Source: the human T2T-CHM13v2.0 reference genome, Homo sapiens. From it: DNA of 64,000 nucleotides. The stretch lies in the NCBI RefSeq assembly GCF_009914755.1, contig NC_060926.1. One strand, 5' to 3'. How positions within the stretch are numbered: position 1 is the first letter of the stretch; each line of letters starts with the position of its first letter. Below the pieces are notes generated by a model. It ran no database searches. It was not told the origin of the DNA and was given only the letters and a program-made list of their open reading frames with translations. Positions 1 to 21,495 of this stretch are shown one piece after another. The translations under genes and the position numbers were made by a program.

Positions 1-227
1 AAAGTAACTGACAGGCAGCAAATTTTCCATAAATGCTACCATTGGGATAAGTAAGGAGATCTAGATTAAGGAAAGACTGGTTTTAAATTTCTCTTCATCT
101 TTCCCCATCTTTCCCTCCTGTCTTTCTCTATGGGTACATGGATTTTTTCTCCTTTATCCAAAGGCATACCGATATTAAATGTGATAGAATAAAAGAACAT
201 AACTCTTTGTTGATTTCATCTATATAA

Positions 228-515
<288 letters not shown>

Positions 516-750
516 TAGTCTCGAACTCCTGACCTCATGATCTGCCTGCCTCGGCCTCCCAAAGTGCTGGGATTACAGGTGTGAGCCACTGTGCCCGGCT
601 AAATAATTACTTTTAAAAATATTAAGTAAAAAAAAGTTGAACTGGAATACAACAGGAAAGAAGGTAACAGATACACATACACACATACATGATTGTCTTT
701 TCTGGAGAAAAGAAAACTGAAAGTTTATAGCAGGCTGGGTGCAATGGCTA

Positions 751-1254
<504 letters not shown>

Positions 1255-1280
1255 TCAGGGTTAACACCAATTAGATGAAT

Positions 1281-1282
<2 letters not shown>

Positions 1283-1319
<37 letters not shown>

Positions 1320-1324
1320 TGTGT
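1283..1324. repeat. (GT)n microsatellite
   Basis: About 21 dinucleotide units with one interruption. Confidence 0.95.
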
Positions 1325-1741
1325 TTAATACATTGTCTCATAAATAGGAATTGCCTAAATACAAGAAAAACTTGAATGATGACCTTTAAAAATAAAGTTA
1401 AAAATACTTTCACTGTACCAAATGCCTATTATTTTTAAACCTGTTTTCCAATTTAATTGTAAGAGCTGAATTTATTAGCCAACCAGTTGACACCACATAT
1501 AAACATTTCTGATGCCTCAATGCACCTGAAAGAGCCCATATATATGTTCCCATCTGATCTAGAAATAACTAGTTCTATTGTCATCTTCCATCATGTAATA
1601 AAACAAATTAAATTCAGCTGTCAAAACAGGTTCATTACAAATTCACTAAAATCCCTATTAACTTAGAATATGGTAAACTAAGACTATATTTAGACTACAG
1701 TAAACTAATAATTTATACTATATTTAGACCATGGTAAACTA

Positions 1742-2090
<349 letters not shown>

Positions 2091-2332
2091 TGACCACACC
2101 CAGCTAATTTTGTATTTTTAGTAGAGACGGGGTTTCTCCATGTTGGTCAGGCTGGTCTCCAACTCCTGACCTCAGGTGACCCGCCTGCTTCAGCCTCCCA
2201 AAGTGCTGAAATTACAGGTGTGAGCCACTGCACCCGGTTTTTTTTTTTAAGAGAAATAGTCTGGCTATATTGCTCAGGCTGCTCTCAAACTCCTGGCCTC
2301 AAGCAAACCTACTGCCTTGGTCCCCTGAGTAA

Positions 2333-2551
<219 letters not shown>

Positions 2552-3342
2552 TAGAGAAGGCGTTTCACCATGTTGCTGAGCTGGTCTCAAACTCCTGGGT
2601 TCAAGCGATCTGCCTGCCTTGGCCTCCCAAAGTGTAATCTTAAAGATTACAGGCATGAGGCATTGTGCCCAGCCCTTGATTTACCATTTTTAATTTGCTT
2701 ATTCTCCATCGGTTTCTAAAGTTGTTCATTAAAAATTAAACTTGAGAAATAGGCAGATCTTTGCCTTAAACTATAATATTTGGGAGTAACTTTTAAAAGT
2801 TTGCCAACACTTCAAAATCTCTTTGAAAACAGATGTAAAGTATGTTATTTGAAAATATATTAGCTAGGTGTGGTGGCTCACGCCTGTAATCCCAGCACTT
2901 TGGGAAGCCAAGGTGGGAAGATCACCTGAGGCCAGGAGTTGAGACCAGCCTGGTAAACATGGTGAAACCCTGTCTCTACTAAAAACACAAAAATTAGCCA
3001 GGCATGGTGGTGCACATCTGTAAACCCAGCTACTTGGGAGGCTGAGGCAGGAGAATCACTTGAACCCAGGAGGCAGAGGCTGGGTTAGCTGAGGTTGCAC
3101 CACTGCACTCCAGCCTGGGCAACAGAGTGAGACTATGTCTCAAAAAAGAAAATATATTACACCTTGCTAGTGAAGGGGAAGCTAGTATGTGCTTGTCTGT
3201 TTTAGTCATCGTTTTGCAAACTGATTGCTTGTTTCTACGTTTCCAGGCTTACCTTAGGAAGACAAGCTTTAAAAACACTCAAATGAATCATCATTAGTTA
3301 TATAAAATATCTTATACAATAATGGCTGGGCGAGGTGGCTCA

Positions 3343-3603
<261 letters not shown>

Positions 3604-3714
3604 TTAAAAAGAAAAAAAAAGGCTGGGTGCGGTGGCTCATGCCTGTAATCCCAGCACTTTGGGAGGCCGAGGTGGGCGGATCACGAGGTCAGGAGATCAA
3701 GACCATCCTGGCTA

Positions 3715-3903
<189 letters not shown>

Positions 3904-3989
3904 TTAAAAAAAAAAATGTATACCATCAAACCTAAAAGGCATTGCAATTATTTCTACTTCTATGGTATTACTACTACTAAGAACATTGA

Positions 3990-4196
<207 letters not shown>

Positions 4197-4853
4197 TAGA
4201 GACGGGGTTTCACCATATTGGCCAGGCTGGTACCCCCAATTTTTAAATTAACATTATTTCCCTTATTTGTTCAATTTAGGTAGACTTTGGTTATGCAATG
4301 AACACATTTTTGAAAAGTTATAGGTAAATTATCAGTTGTTTTGAATGCTTACAGTGGGATGAGAAACCTTCCATTTAACATTACTGATCAGTAGAAGAGG
4401 GGTGAAAGGGAGTAGAAACATCACAGATTATGAGTTGGTTATCAATATAAAAATATAAATCGTGCATTACAAGACCATAAGACTGTGATGATCTTCATTT
4501 AAAGGGTTTAGATTAGGGGCAGTGGCTCACATCTGTAATCCCAGCACTTTTGGAGGCCAAGGTGGAAAGATCACTTTAGCCAAGGAGTTCAAGATCAGCC
4601 CAGTCAATACAGCGAGACCCCCGTCTCTACAAAAAATAAAAATAAAGATAAAAAATTAGCGGACATGGTGGCACTATGTCCCATGGCATGGTCCCAGCTA
4701 CTTCGGACGCTGAGGTGGGAAGATCACTTGAACCCAGGAGTTAAGAGGCTGCAGTGAGCTATGATTATGCCACTGCACTCCATCCCAGGTGACAGAGCAA
4801 AACTCTATCTCTAAAAAGAAAATAAAGGTTTTACTATTTATTCATTTATTTAG

Positions 4854-5039
<186 letters not shown>

Positions 5040-5569
5040 TAGCCAGGATGGTCTCGATCTCCTGACCTCGTGATCTGCTTGCCTCGGCCTCCCAAAGTGT
5101 TTGGATTACAGGCGTGAGCCACTGCGCCCGGCCAATAAAGGGTTTATAAATAAGTTTTTAAATGAGATTTTGAGATGAGATTACCTCTAGTCATTTTACA
5201 GAGTTAGAGGTTTATCAGTTCTGGAATCAGGGAATGCAGTCTCCCCAGAATGGTAGTTTCTCATTTGTCTCTCAGGTACCCTTCAGAAAATTTGATACAA
5301 GGTATGGACTTTCTCCCCAGAAAAGTAAATATTCATACATGCTCACAAAGTGTGGAATCAATTTCTTCTTTCCATCTACCATTCAACAAACACATATTGA
5401 GTGCTTAACACGAAGCCTTTGGAAAAGGTTAAGATGGCAAAGGAAGAAATGCTGAGTCTTAATAACAAATGACATTTAACGATCAGGTAAAATAATGGTA
5501 CTCAAAAGAGAAAGTAACAGCAACATTTACCCAACAGCAATTTACCAGTATTGGGAGTTATTACTACAC

Positions 5570-7940
<2,371 letters not shown>

Positions 7941-8236
7941 TTGTGTGTCTACTCTCACCTGACTCTTGTGCCTATAAGAAATTTTCAGGATTAGCTGGGA
8001 GCGGTGGCTCACGCCTGTAATCCCAGCACTTTGGGAGGCTGAGGTGGGGGATCACTTGAGCTCAGGAGTTCGAGATCAGCCTGGCCAATATGTTGAAACT
8101 TGCCTCTACTAAAAACACAAAAAATTAGCCAAGTGTGATGGTGGGCGAGAGAATCACCTGAACCCGGGAAGTGGAGGTTGCAGTGAGCCGAGATCTCACC
8201 ACGGCAGTCCAGCCTGAGTGACAGAGACTCAGTCTC

Positions 8237-8268
<32 letters not shown>

Positions 8269-8383
8269 GAATTTGATAAGGTCTCTGAAAATTTGAGTAA
8301 AAACGATGAATAGTTTTTTACCTAATAATAAATTCCATAAGAGGTTTTCATTTTTATTCTTAGTTGGTATCTACCATCTAGAA

Positions 8384-8688
8384 CAGGGGTCCCCAACTCC
8401 CCCCTAGGCCATGGACCATTATGCGTCCATGGCCTGTTAGGAACTGGGCCACACAGCAGGAGGTGAGCAGCAGGGGAGGGAGCATTACTGCTTGAGCTCT
8501 GCCTCCTGTAAGATCAGCAGCATTTGTGAACTGGGCATGCAAGGGATCTAGGTTGTGTGTTCCTTATGAGAATTTATCTAATGCCTGATGCTCTGAGGTG
8601 GAACAGTTTCATCCTGAAACCATCCCGCCCATGGAAAAATTGTCTTCCACAAAACTGGTCTCGGTGCCAAAAAGGCTGGGGACTGCTA
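8384..8688 (+). mobile_element. MER1B-like hAT/Charlie DNA transposon
   Basis: Ends caggggtccccaac...gctggggactgcta; 8-bp TSD (A/G)TCTAGAA at 8376-8383 and 8689-8696. Confidence 0.85.
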
Positions 8689-8855
8689 GTCTAGAACACT
8701 GCCTGGAACATTGCAATATCATTGCAGTGATATTTATTGCTCTATAAATATCTGTTAAAGAGTTAAATGTACTGTCTCAGAATGACTTCTGAACATTTGC
8801 AATTTGCTAGAAAATTCTCTCATTTTGCTTAAGTTACCCTAGAGGGAAAAGATTA

Positions 8856-9020
<165 letters not shown>

Positions 9021-9509
9021 TTAGCCAGACATGGTGGCACATGCCTATAGTCCCAGCTATTCAGGAGGCTGAGGTGGGAAGATCCCTTGAGCCTGAGAGG
9101 TCGAGGCTACAGTGAGCTGTGATCACACCACTGCGCCAGAGCCTGGACAACAGGATGAGACCCTATCTCAATTAAAATAAATAAATAAATAAATTGTGTA
9201 GAATAGTAAGTGCTTGTGTATATACTATACATCAGCATCCTAACCTTATTATTATTTAACAAATGTATACCCATCACAAAGAATAATCTGTTACAAGAGA
9301 TGGCTGAAACTGCCTTACTAGTTGGGACCTCCTTCACTAGGTAAACCAGCTTGAACAAATGTATTCAATACTATGCCTGTAGACATCTTAAGGGATATCG
9401 ATCCTCAAGACTTTTCATTTTTACTTATATTTTGCAACAAACTATAACATTTTAGATAACTGATATTACACATTTTAAAATAAATCCATTTATTGTTGAC
9501 ATCATTCTC

Positions 9510-10195
9510 ACATGCCACATCTAAGCCACTGGTAATTCCTGTTGCTCTATTTTCAAAACATATCCATAATTCAACTACTTCCCATCACTTTCACCAGCAC
9601 TAACTACAATTACAGGCACTGCTTTCTCTGATACCTGGATTGGCTTCCTGACTAGGCTACTTGCTTTTGCCAGTTTTAAGGTTAAGATAGGCTATACCAC
9701 TACTCTGCGTGAAACCCACTTACAGCTTCCATTCCTACTCAGATAAGATAGCCCTCATAAGGATCCGTATGATCTGGCATTTTCTATCTCCCCTAACATT
9801 CCTATTTATCATTCTGACCTCATTTCCTACTCCTCTACTACATTTACTCTCTTCAGGCTAACCAACCAGCATGACCTGCCCCCAAGGGCCCCTTGCACTA
9901 GCTCTTTCTAGGGTGCTCCTCCTTCAGATAGAAGCATGGCTCTCCCTCATCTCCTTCACTTTTTTCCTCAAATGTCACTTATCAAAGGATGACCTTCCTT
10001 TATTATTCTCTATAAATATCCACCCCTTCCTCCTTACCATGCATACCCTGCATTATGTTTCTCCATAGCACTTATTACCATCTAACATAATTACTTATGT
10101 AAATTCGTAAAAGGCCTATTATATGTACTACCATATCCCCAGTTCCCAGAAGACGGACAGCCATGTAGTATGCTCTCAATATTACTGAGTGAATG
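9510..10195 (+). mobile_element. L2 3' fragment
   Basis: Pyrimidine-rich decayed LINE2 text ending ccatagcacttattaccatctaaca...ctcaatattactgagtgaatg. Confidence 0.65.
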
Positions 10196-10390
10196 TAATG
10201 TTTCTAGCATATTCTTAATTACTAGCAGTTATTTGGAAACATAAGTATTATCTAATAAATATCTCATTTTGGCCAACCTTGCCTTCAATCTAATCTTTAA
10301 AATAGGTCTGATTGTCGCCTGTAATCCCAGCACTTTGGGAGGCTGAGGCAGGCGGATCGCGAGGTCAGGAGATCGAGACCATCCTGGCTA

Positions 10391-10657
<267 letters not shown>

Positions 10658-10738
10658 CTATTTGGAGAGTGGAGTAGACAACAAGAATGAAAGATGAGCA
10701 TGGAGCAGAAGAAAGGCAAGGCCCTCATTAGTATATAG

Positions 10739-10837
<99 letters not shown>

Positions 10838-10892
10838 TGAGCCTCCGGAGTCCCGAGTAGCTGAGGCTACTGGCATGTGTCACCACACCTAG

Positions 10893-11042
<150 letters not shown>

Positions 11043-11515
11043 TAAAGATGGTCTATAATTTACAGATCTGCATCTTAGCAAATGGGAAAGCCGCACAATA
11101 ACAGTATAGTTATCTCAAAAGAGAACACTCATGCATTTGAGAGTAAACCACACAAAGGATATTAAGGTGTCTGGATTTGAGGGAATTAACTTTCATCAAC
11201 TAACACCAGCAATGTTTTTCTAGTCTAGTGTGTAGCTTTTAGTTCACAAGTTGAATATTTTTAAAGTAACCAAGGCCAATTCAGACTCACTATACACGTA
11301 TTTTTATTTTTTTACTGTGGAAAATTTCAAATTTATATATGGAGAAGAGTAGTATACATCACCCATATGCTCACTACAAATGTTTGAACTTATTAACTGT
11401 ACCTTGAATACTCCTCAAAATAATCTTGCAGTATAAACTTTCGGGAAGTTTGTCTCAGAATATGATTCCAAAGTATTGGTGACAAGAAATCAAATACTGG
11501 TATTCTCTAACTTAA

Positions 11516-11981
<466 letters not shown>

Positions 11982-12332
11982 TAAACAAATGTATTGATTA
12001 CTTACCATGGACCACACTAAGAACATATATTGAGAGGCTGTGTTTTTAATGTGCTAAGAACTCTGCTAAGAACATATATTAAAAGCCTCTGACTTCCAGG
12101 GTCATTAAAGCAAAAATCTTACATTAAAATTAAAAACACTATTAGGAAAACTTAGGGATTAGTACCCTCATGTTTGGTCAAGGTTTGCCTGACTAGAAAA
12201 ATGGGAGTTTGGGTTGAGGGAGGTAGAAACAAGAGAAGACTTTTACAGTATGACTACTTTGAGGAAGAGTTTCTTGGATGGGGTGTATTAGTGAGGGATA
12301 CAAGGCAAAATAAGTAATAAATGTAATAGTTA

Positions 12333-12641
<309 letters not shown>

Positions 12642-14146
12642 TTAAAAAGTAAAAACAAAATTAAAAAGTTAAAAAGTTAAGTGGTCAGATACTTCTGCAG
12701 TTTCTAAAATTAAACATTTTCAAACTAATACTGAGAATATTAAGTTTACATTATAAAACACGAGCAGTGCCTTAACCCAAAATGCTGATGACTGTCATAG
12801 CTAAGAGGCAAGAGGGAAGAGATTCCACCAACACCGTGAGGCTAGTAGTTTTTTAGGGAGTATTCATCTACAGATACAATCTTTCCTAAAACAAAGGTCA
12901 TGCACTAATTGCTACGTCCTACTGAAAAGATACTTTCTGAGCCTCAGGAATAGAGAAAAGAAATTTCAAGGTTACTAACAGATTAACTGACAATCTATTA
13001 AGAAAACAAGTGTAACCACATTTCCAATATAGACAAGAAATAGCAACTTAAAAGTGGAAAAATTTTGGAGGTAAAAAAACAATTACATCGTACTTCAGAG
13101 CAACTTTATTAGAGAGCTGCAAAGAGAAACCTAAAATTGCATTTTTAATGCATGGAGCTCTCAAACTGCCAGTATTCCAAGAATATAAACAAAAAGCTAT
13201 GTCATCCAAGAAAAACAAAAAGCTATGTCAAGAACTCATTGAGCTTTTCTTCTTCCGAGAAATGCCAACAAAGGCAGGATCAACTCATCCGATAATACCT
13301 CGAAAAACAAAGAACGCAGTTGGGGAAGCCACACGACAAAGAAAATATCCACGCTCCGGTAATTTAACGCTATCTCTAAAAATTCTCTGTAAATATGTTA
13401 GGGCATTTACAGCCCGCTCGTTCAACACCATGTCAATCACAACAGTAGTAAACGACTATAAAAATAATATTAAATCCATTTCCCCTCAATTGATATATTC
13501 CTTCTGGGTGAGATTTCCAAATCCTTGGGGTGTCTGGTTAGGCTTTTTGGTCGGTGGGTGCTACAGAAGGAAAGCCAGAGGTTAAAGAAAAATGCTTGGC
13601 TTTTTTCCAATTGGCAACTGCAAGAATAAAGTTTACTGCACTGAAAATGAGTACAAGCACCCTCGAGGAGGAAAAAAAATCTTATCACCGAGAAGAAAAT
13701 GAAAGGAAGAATTTCAGTAGGAAATCAAAAGTAAAATTAAAGGGAGACGGCTGTAAAGATAAGAAGAGGTTAATCAAAAAGGGGGAGAAGCGGGAAAAGG
13801 AAAGAAAGCATAGGACAAAAGGAAGGTTCGACGAGTTCTAAAAAGAGGTCTGAATTAAAGTCTTTTCTCCAGGTCTAAGACCACAGAGGGCCCGTGGCGA
13901 GAGCAAAGGTCATGCAATGGTGTTGCTAAAGTGAAGGGATTAATTGAGAGGGTTGAGCCCCGTCTCCCTTCACCTCGTCCTCACAGATTGGGTCTTGGTT
14001 GTAAGCATCCAGGTGCATGCTAAGGAAACAAAAACCACGATATCGCGGTGTCCACGGAGAACAATAGGCTGGGAGCGGCGCAGGGCCGAGGCCTTCCCTC
14101 CGGGACGACCACCATCCCGCCTCCCTCATCGCTGCCCCAGACTCAC

Positions 14147-14172
14147 AGAGTCTTGGGCATCTCGTCCTCCAT
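14147..14172 (-). CDS. TIA1: TIA1 exon 1 coding part (MEDEMPKTL)
   Basis: Minus strand gcagccATGGAGGACGAGATGCCCAAGACTCT|gtgagt: strong Kozak context, canonical donor, in a CpG island. The gene continues off the left edge of the window. Confidence 0.97.
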
Positions 14173-14722
14173 GGCTGCTGCTGTCGCGGCGGCGCCTCCA
14201 GGTCCAGCTCCCTGCCCTTCACTACCTCCCAAATCGTTTAAGCGGTTATGGCTACAGGATAGTGGGGTTTCTCGGCTGACCAGAGGTTACTCCGCCTCCT
14301 CCTCCGGCGGCAATTACACTAAACCGCCCGGCCCAGCGGGAACAATGAAACCCCAATACAAGATGGCGGCGAGCCGGGAGCCTAGGAGCAGCCAGCAAAG
14401 TTACCCGGGCCGCGCAGGCGCAGAATAATCTTGCACTCTCAACCTCCGGGCCGCCCGGCTACACCTTAATCCATAGGTTCACTTGTTGCGCAGCCGCTCT
14501 TCCACCCGACGCGAGGGACGCCTCAGACTGCGCAGGCGCAAGGATTAACTACTTCACGATTTGCGTGAACTTTTTTGTCTTCTGGCTGCGGATTCGAGTG
14601 TTTCGACCGCGAATTATGAGGGAGTGGAAACCTTCAGGGACAGTAAAAAGCCTAAATCTTTCCTCTTTTGGAAAGATATATAAAGACTCTTCAAGCTATC
14701 TGGTTTTTAGCGAGCGAGAAGC

Positions 14723-14726
14723 AAAA
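14723..14726 (-). terminator. Pol III terminator (T4) of the tRNA gene
   Basis: TTTT on the minus strand 6 nt after the discriminator base (TAGGCGTTTT); a T5 follows at 14645-14649. Confidence 0.7.
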
Positions 14727-14732
14727 CGCCTA

Positions 14733-14803
14733 TGCGCCGCCCGGGAATCGAACCCGGGTCGCAAGAATGGGAATCTTGCATGATACCACTACACCAGCGG
14801 CGC
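14733..14803 (-). tRNA. TRG-CCC2-1: tRNA-Gly, anticodon CCC (71 nt, no intron)
   Basis: Minus strand GCGCCGCTGGTGTAGTGGTATCATGCAAGATTCCCATTCTTGCGACCCGGGTTCGATTCCCGGGCGGCGCA: acceptor stem GCGCCGC/GCGGCGC, A box TGGTGTAGTGG, anticodon stem CAAGA/TCTTG around CCC, B box GGTTCGATTCC. The locus number is from memory. Confidence 0.97.
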
Positions 14804-15166
14804 TGTTGACATGCCCAGCCGCCACAGTATTTTAGGAGGAAATAGAAGCAGACGTTCTCTCATGTGAAAAGAATTGTCATGTATTATTTATTCATTTAAA
14901 AGTAAAAGTTTATTGACAGTCTGTAATCTTCTGTTTTCCAATAACATAAATAATTTATCTTTTCTCATCCCAAACATAGGAATGGATGTTTCAACTTTCT
15001 CTGTACAGAAAAAAAATTTCAATTTAAAATGTTTACTTAAGAAATAAGAAAAAAGAAAAAAAGTTTTACTTAAAAAAGTAAGGATTTTATTAAGAATTTG
15101 CGTCGTTGGTGCTAGCCAGATTTTTCAGCGCGGGGAGGATATTTCCAGATGCCAGATTTTTATTTA

Positions 15167-15400
<234 letters not shown>

Positions 15401-15914
15401 TCAGGAGGCTGAGGCAGGAGAATCCTTGAATCTGGGAGGTGGAGATTGCAGTGAGCCGAGATCTTGCCATTGCACTCCAGCCTGGGCAACAGAACGAGGA
15501 TCCGTCTCAAAAAACAAACAAAGAAACAAACAAAAAACCCCAGCTATTTAATGCAAATTGGTCACAAGAATCTTAAAAGTAAACAAGTCAAAAGATACAT
15601 AAACTTCAGTCCAACTTTAGGAGGCAGAGAAATTAGAGCTCTGAAATGTGATTCAGTATACTCTGTATGCATTTCACATTGCTTATTATATATATATGTC
15701 ACTAAAGTAATCCTATGTCTAGGAATCTATCCTACAGAAATAAAACAATTAATTTATAAAGATTTATGTGCCAAGATACAACTGCAGCATTGTTTACAGT
15801 AGAAAAAAATGGAGTAACCTGAATATCCATCAATGCCACTTATGGTAATTTATTCAATTTACACCAAATACATGTGGAACTTTTTCTTTTTCTTTCTTTC
15901 TTTTTTTTTTTTGA

Positions 15915-16055
<141 letters not shown>

Positions 16056-16839
16056 TAGCCTAACTAATTTTTGTATTTTAGTAGAGACAGGGTTTTGCCA
16101 TGTTGGCCAGGCTGGTCTTGAACTCCTGACCTCAGGTGATCTGCCTGCCTTAGCCTCCCAAAGTGCTGAGATAACAGACGTGAGCCGCTGCCCCCAGATG
16201 GAACATTCATTTTATGGACTATTTTGCAGTTATTGAAAAGCTATTAATCAGATCTGTAGTGTTGAACTGGAAAATATCTATGATGTAAGTTTATTTAAGT
16301 TGTAGAAATATTTTTTAAACATAGGAGAATTTACACATCGAAAAACGTGATGTCGGCTGAGCGGGGCGGCTCACGCCTGTAATCCCAGTCTTTGGGAGAC
16401 CGAGGCAGGCAGATCACTAGAGCTCAGGAGTTCAAGACCAGCGTGGCCAACATGGAGAAACCCCGTCTCTACTTTAAAATACAAAAATTAGCCAGATGTG
16501 GCGGCACATGTCTGTAATCCCGGCTACTCGGGAGGCTGAGGTAGGAGGAGAATCACTTGAACCCGGGAGTCGGAGGTTGCAGTGAGCCCCTGGGCCACAG
16601 AGCAAGACTCCTCAAAAACAAAACAAAACACCAAAAAAACAAAAACGTGATGTCCTCTTTAAAGTAGTTTCTTCAGACTGTATACATTCTGGATTTTTCA
16701 TTTTTGGAATTGTCTTTAGAGTCTCTGACACATTCTTCAGATTATTTTCAAAGATATCAAGTACTAGTCTTTTGATGGTGAATAAAACAAATGTTAATGG
16801 GGATGGTGTTTTAAAAACACCTTTTTGGGACATCCATAT

Positions 16840-17190
16840 AAAGTGTTTTTCAGTTTAATGGTTTTTAGTTTATTCACAGAGGTGTGTGTGCAACAATCAC
16901 CACAATCAATTTTATAACATTTTCTTCACCTCAAAAAGGAAACCCGTAGCAATTAGCAGACACTCCCTGTCCCTCATCCCATTCCATGTCCCAGCCACTA
17001 GTCTTTCTGCCCCTATAGATTTGCCTATTCTAGACATTTCATATAAATGGAAGCATGTAATATATGGTTTCTTGTAACTGACTTATTTCACTTAACATTA
17101 TGCTTTTCAGGGTCATCTATGTTGTAACGTGTATCGGTACTTCATTCCTTTTTATTCCCAAATAAAACTCCATTATATGGATATTGCACA
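16840..17190 (-). mobile_element. L1MB-type 3' end fragment
   Basis: cctatagatttgcctattctagacatttcatataaatggaa...gtacttcattccttttt signature. Confidence 0.7.
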
Positions 17191-17549
17191 AGTACTTTTT
17201 TTAAAGTAGTTTTTAAGTTACAAAAGTACAACGTGCTTAGTGTTACAAATGAAATGAAATGGATACATAAGGAAAATATTAAAAATGTATCTTCTTCCTC
17301 CTTTTGAGGTAAGTAATATTAATAGATTCATCTGTAATATTCCACATTTTACTCTATACAGATGCACATGTATACACTTGGGATTTTTAGGGTTTTTTTT
17401 TTTGTTTTTTGTTTTTTTTTTACAGAGTGTCACCCAGAGTGACAGTGTCTTGGCTCACTGTGAACTCTGTCTCCTGGGCTCAAGCGTTTCTTGTGCCTCA
17501 GCCTCCAGAGTAGTTGGGATTACAGGTGTGAGCCACCACACCTGGCTAG

Positions 17550-18245
<696 letters not shown>

Positions 18246-18339
18246 TCACTGCAGCCTCTGCCTCCAGGCTCAGGTGTTCCTGCTACCTTAGCCTCCTGAG
18301 TAGCTGGGACTACAGGCACGTGCCACCATGCCTGGCTAA

Positions 18340-18827
<488 letters not shown>

Positions 18828-18875
18828 TGAAAGTTCCCCAATGTATTGAATGGTAAATTGAATAAATTACCATAA

Positions 18876-19100
<225 letters not shown>

Positions 19101-19408
19101 TGAGTAGCTGGGACTACAGGTGCACACCACCATGCCAGGCTAATTTTTTTGTATTTTTTCGTAGAAACGGGGTTTCGCCATTTTGCTCAGGCTGGTCTCG
19201 AACCCTGGGCTCAAATCGTCCGCCTGCCCTAGCCTCCCAAAGTGCTGGGATTACAGGTGTGAGCCACTGAGCCCAGCCTCTTTCTCCAAGTTTAACTTTA
19301 TTTTGTATCCAACCTATTTTCTTCTCATCTATATTGTTCTTCATGTTCATGTACTAGTTATTTTTGTTTGTTTGTTTGGGTGAAGTATTGTAATTACAGA
19401 AATGAGAC

Positions 19409-19804
<396 letters not shown>

Positions 19805-20217
19805 ATGAGATCATTTTATACCCATCATGCAACCACAAGCTTTTCTCAACTGATAATACTAGGACATTAGTTATAGACCCATTTTTTTTTTTTTTGAGAC
19901 GGAGTCTCACTCTGTCGCCCAGGTTGGAGTGCAGTGGCGTAATCTTGGCTCACTGCAGCCTCTGCCTCCTGGGTTCAAGCAATTGTCCTGTCTCAGCGTT
20001 CCTGAGTAGCTGGGATTACAGGTGTGCGCTACCACGCCTGGCTGATTTTTATATTTTTAGTAGTAGAGACAGGGTTTCACCATGTTGACCAGCCTGGTCT
20101 CAAATTCCTGACCTCAGGTGATCTGCCTGCTTCAGCCTCCCAAAGTGCTGGGATTACAGGTGTGAGCCACTGCGCCAAGCTCCAACATTCTTTTTTTGTA
20201 ATTTTTTTTTTTTTTGA

Positions 20218-20586
<369 letters not shown>

Positions 20587-21495
20587 TAACAAAAGACAGA
20601 TTAACAAGAAGAAAACAAACAGGACCAGGCATGGTGGCTCATGCCTGTAATCCCAACACTTTGGGAGCCCAGGAGTTCCAGACCAGCCTGGGCAATATGG
20701 CAAAAAACCATCTCTACAAAAAATGTAAAAATTAGCTGGGCATGGTAGTGGATGCCTGTGGTCCCAGGTACTCTACTCTGGTGGCTGAGGTGGGTGGATC
20801 GCTTGAGCCCAGGAGCGAGAGGTTGCAGTGAGCCGTGATAGTGCCATTGCACTTCAGCCTGGGTGACAGAGCGAAGCCATCTCAAAATAAATAAAAGAAA
20901 GAAAGAAAAAAAGAAAAACAGAAATTTAAAAACATGTACGTCACGTATTCAAAAGAGAGACCAGGGAAATGAGCAAATCTCCAAGAGGTAGCTTTGAATT
21001 CAGGATTATACAGCATCTTCAAAAAAGAACAGTATATGTTTAGAGAAGTGTTAAGAGAACCGGGCACAGTGACTCACGCCTGTAATTCCAGCACTTTGGG
21101 AGGCCGAGGTGGGCGGATCACCTGAGGTCGGGAGTTCGAGACCAGCCTAACCAACACGGAGAAACCCCATCTCTACTAAAAATACAAAATTAGCTGGGTG
21201 TGGTGGCGCTTCCCTATAATCCCAGCTACTCAGGAGGCTGAGGCAGGAGAATTGCTTGAACCCGAGAGGCGGACGTTGCCGTGAGACTGCGCCATTGCAC
21301 TCCAGCCTGGGCAACAAGAGCGAAACTTCGTCTCAAAAAAAAAAAAAAAAGAAAGAAAGAAAAAAAAAGAGAAGTGTTAAGAGAAGGAAAATGATTTTGA
21401 GTCTCTAGGGGTGGCAAATTATGGGAAGGCAAATACGCGATAGAAAAAGGCTCATTAATGAAGTTTGTCATGTAGATTCCTGGCTGATAAAGGTT

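Larger units (their letters stand above)
13940..14830. promoter_or_regulatory. TIA1 CpG-island promoter / 5'UTR
   Basis: CpG-dense. Perfect YY1 motif CAAGATGGCGGC at 14359-14370; two NRF1-type motifs (C/T)GCGCAGGCGCA at 14411-14422 and 14529-14540. Confidence 0.85.

Noticed and set aside
13926-14428. ORFs of 98-126 aa over TIA1 exon 1
   Set aside because: CpG-island artefacts with non-ATG starts; I found no upstream ATG on the TIA1 strand between 14173 and 14400.
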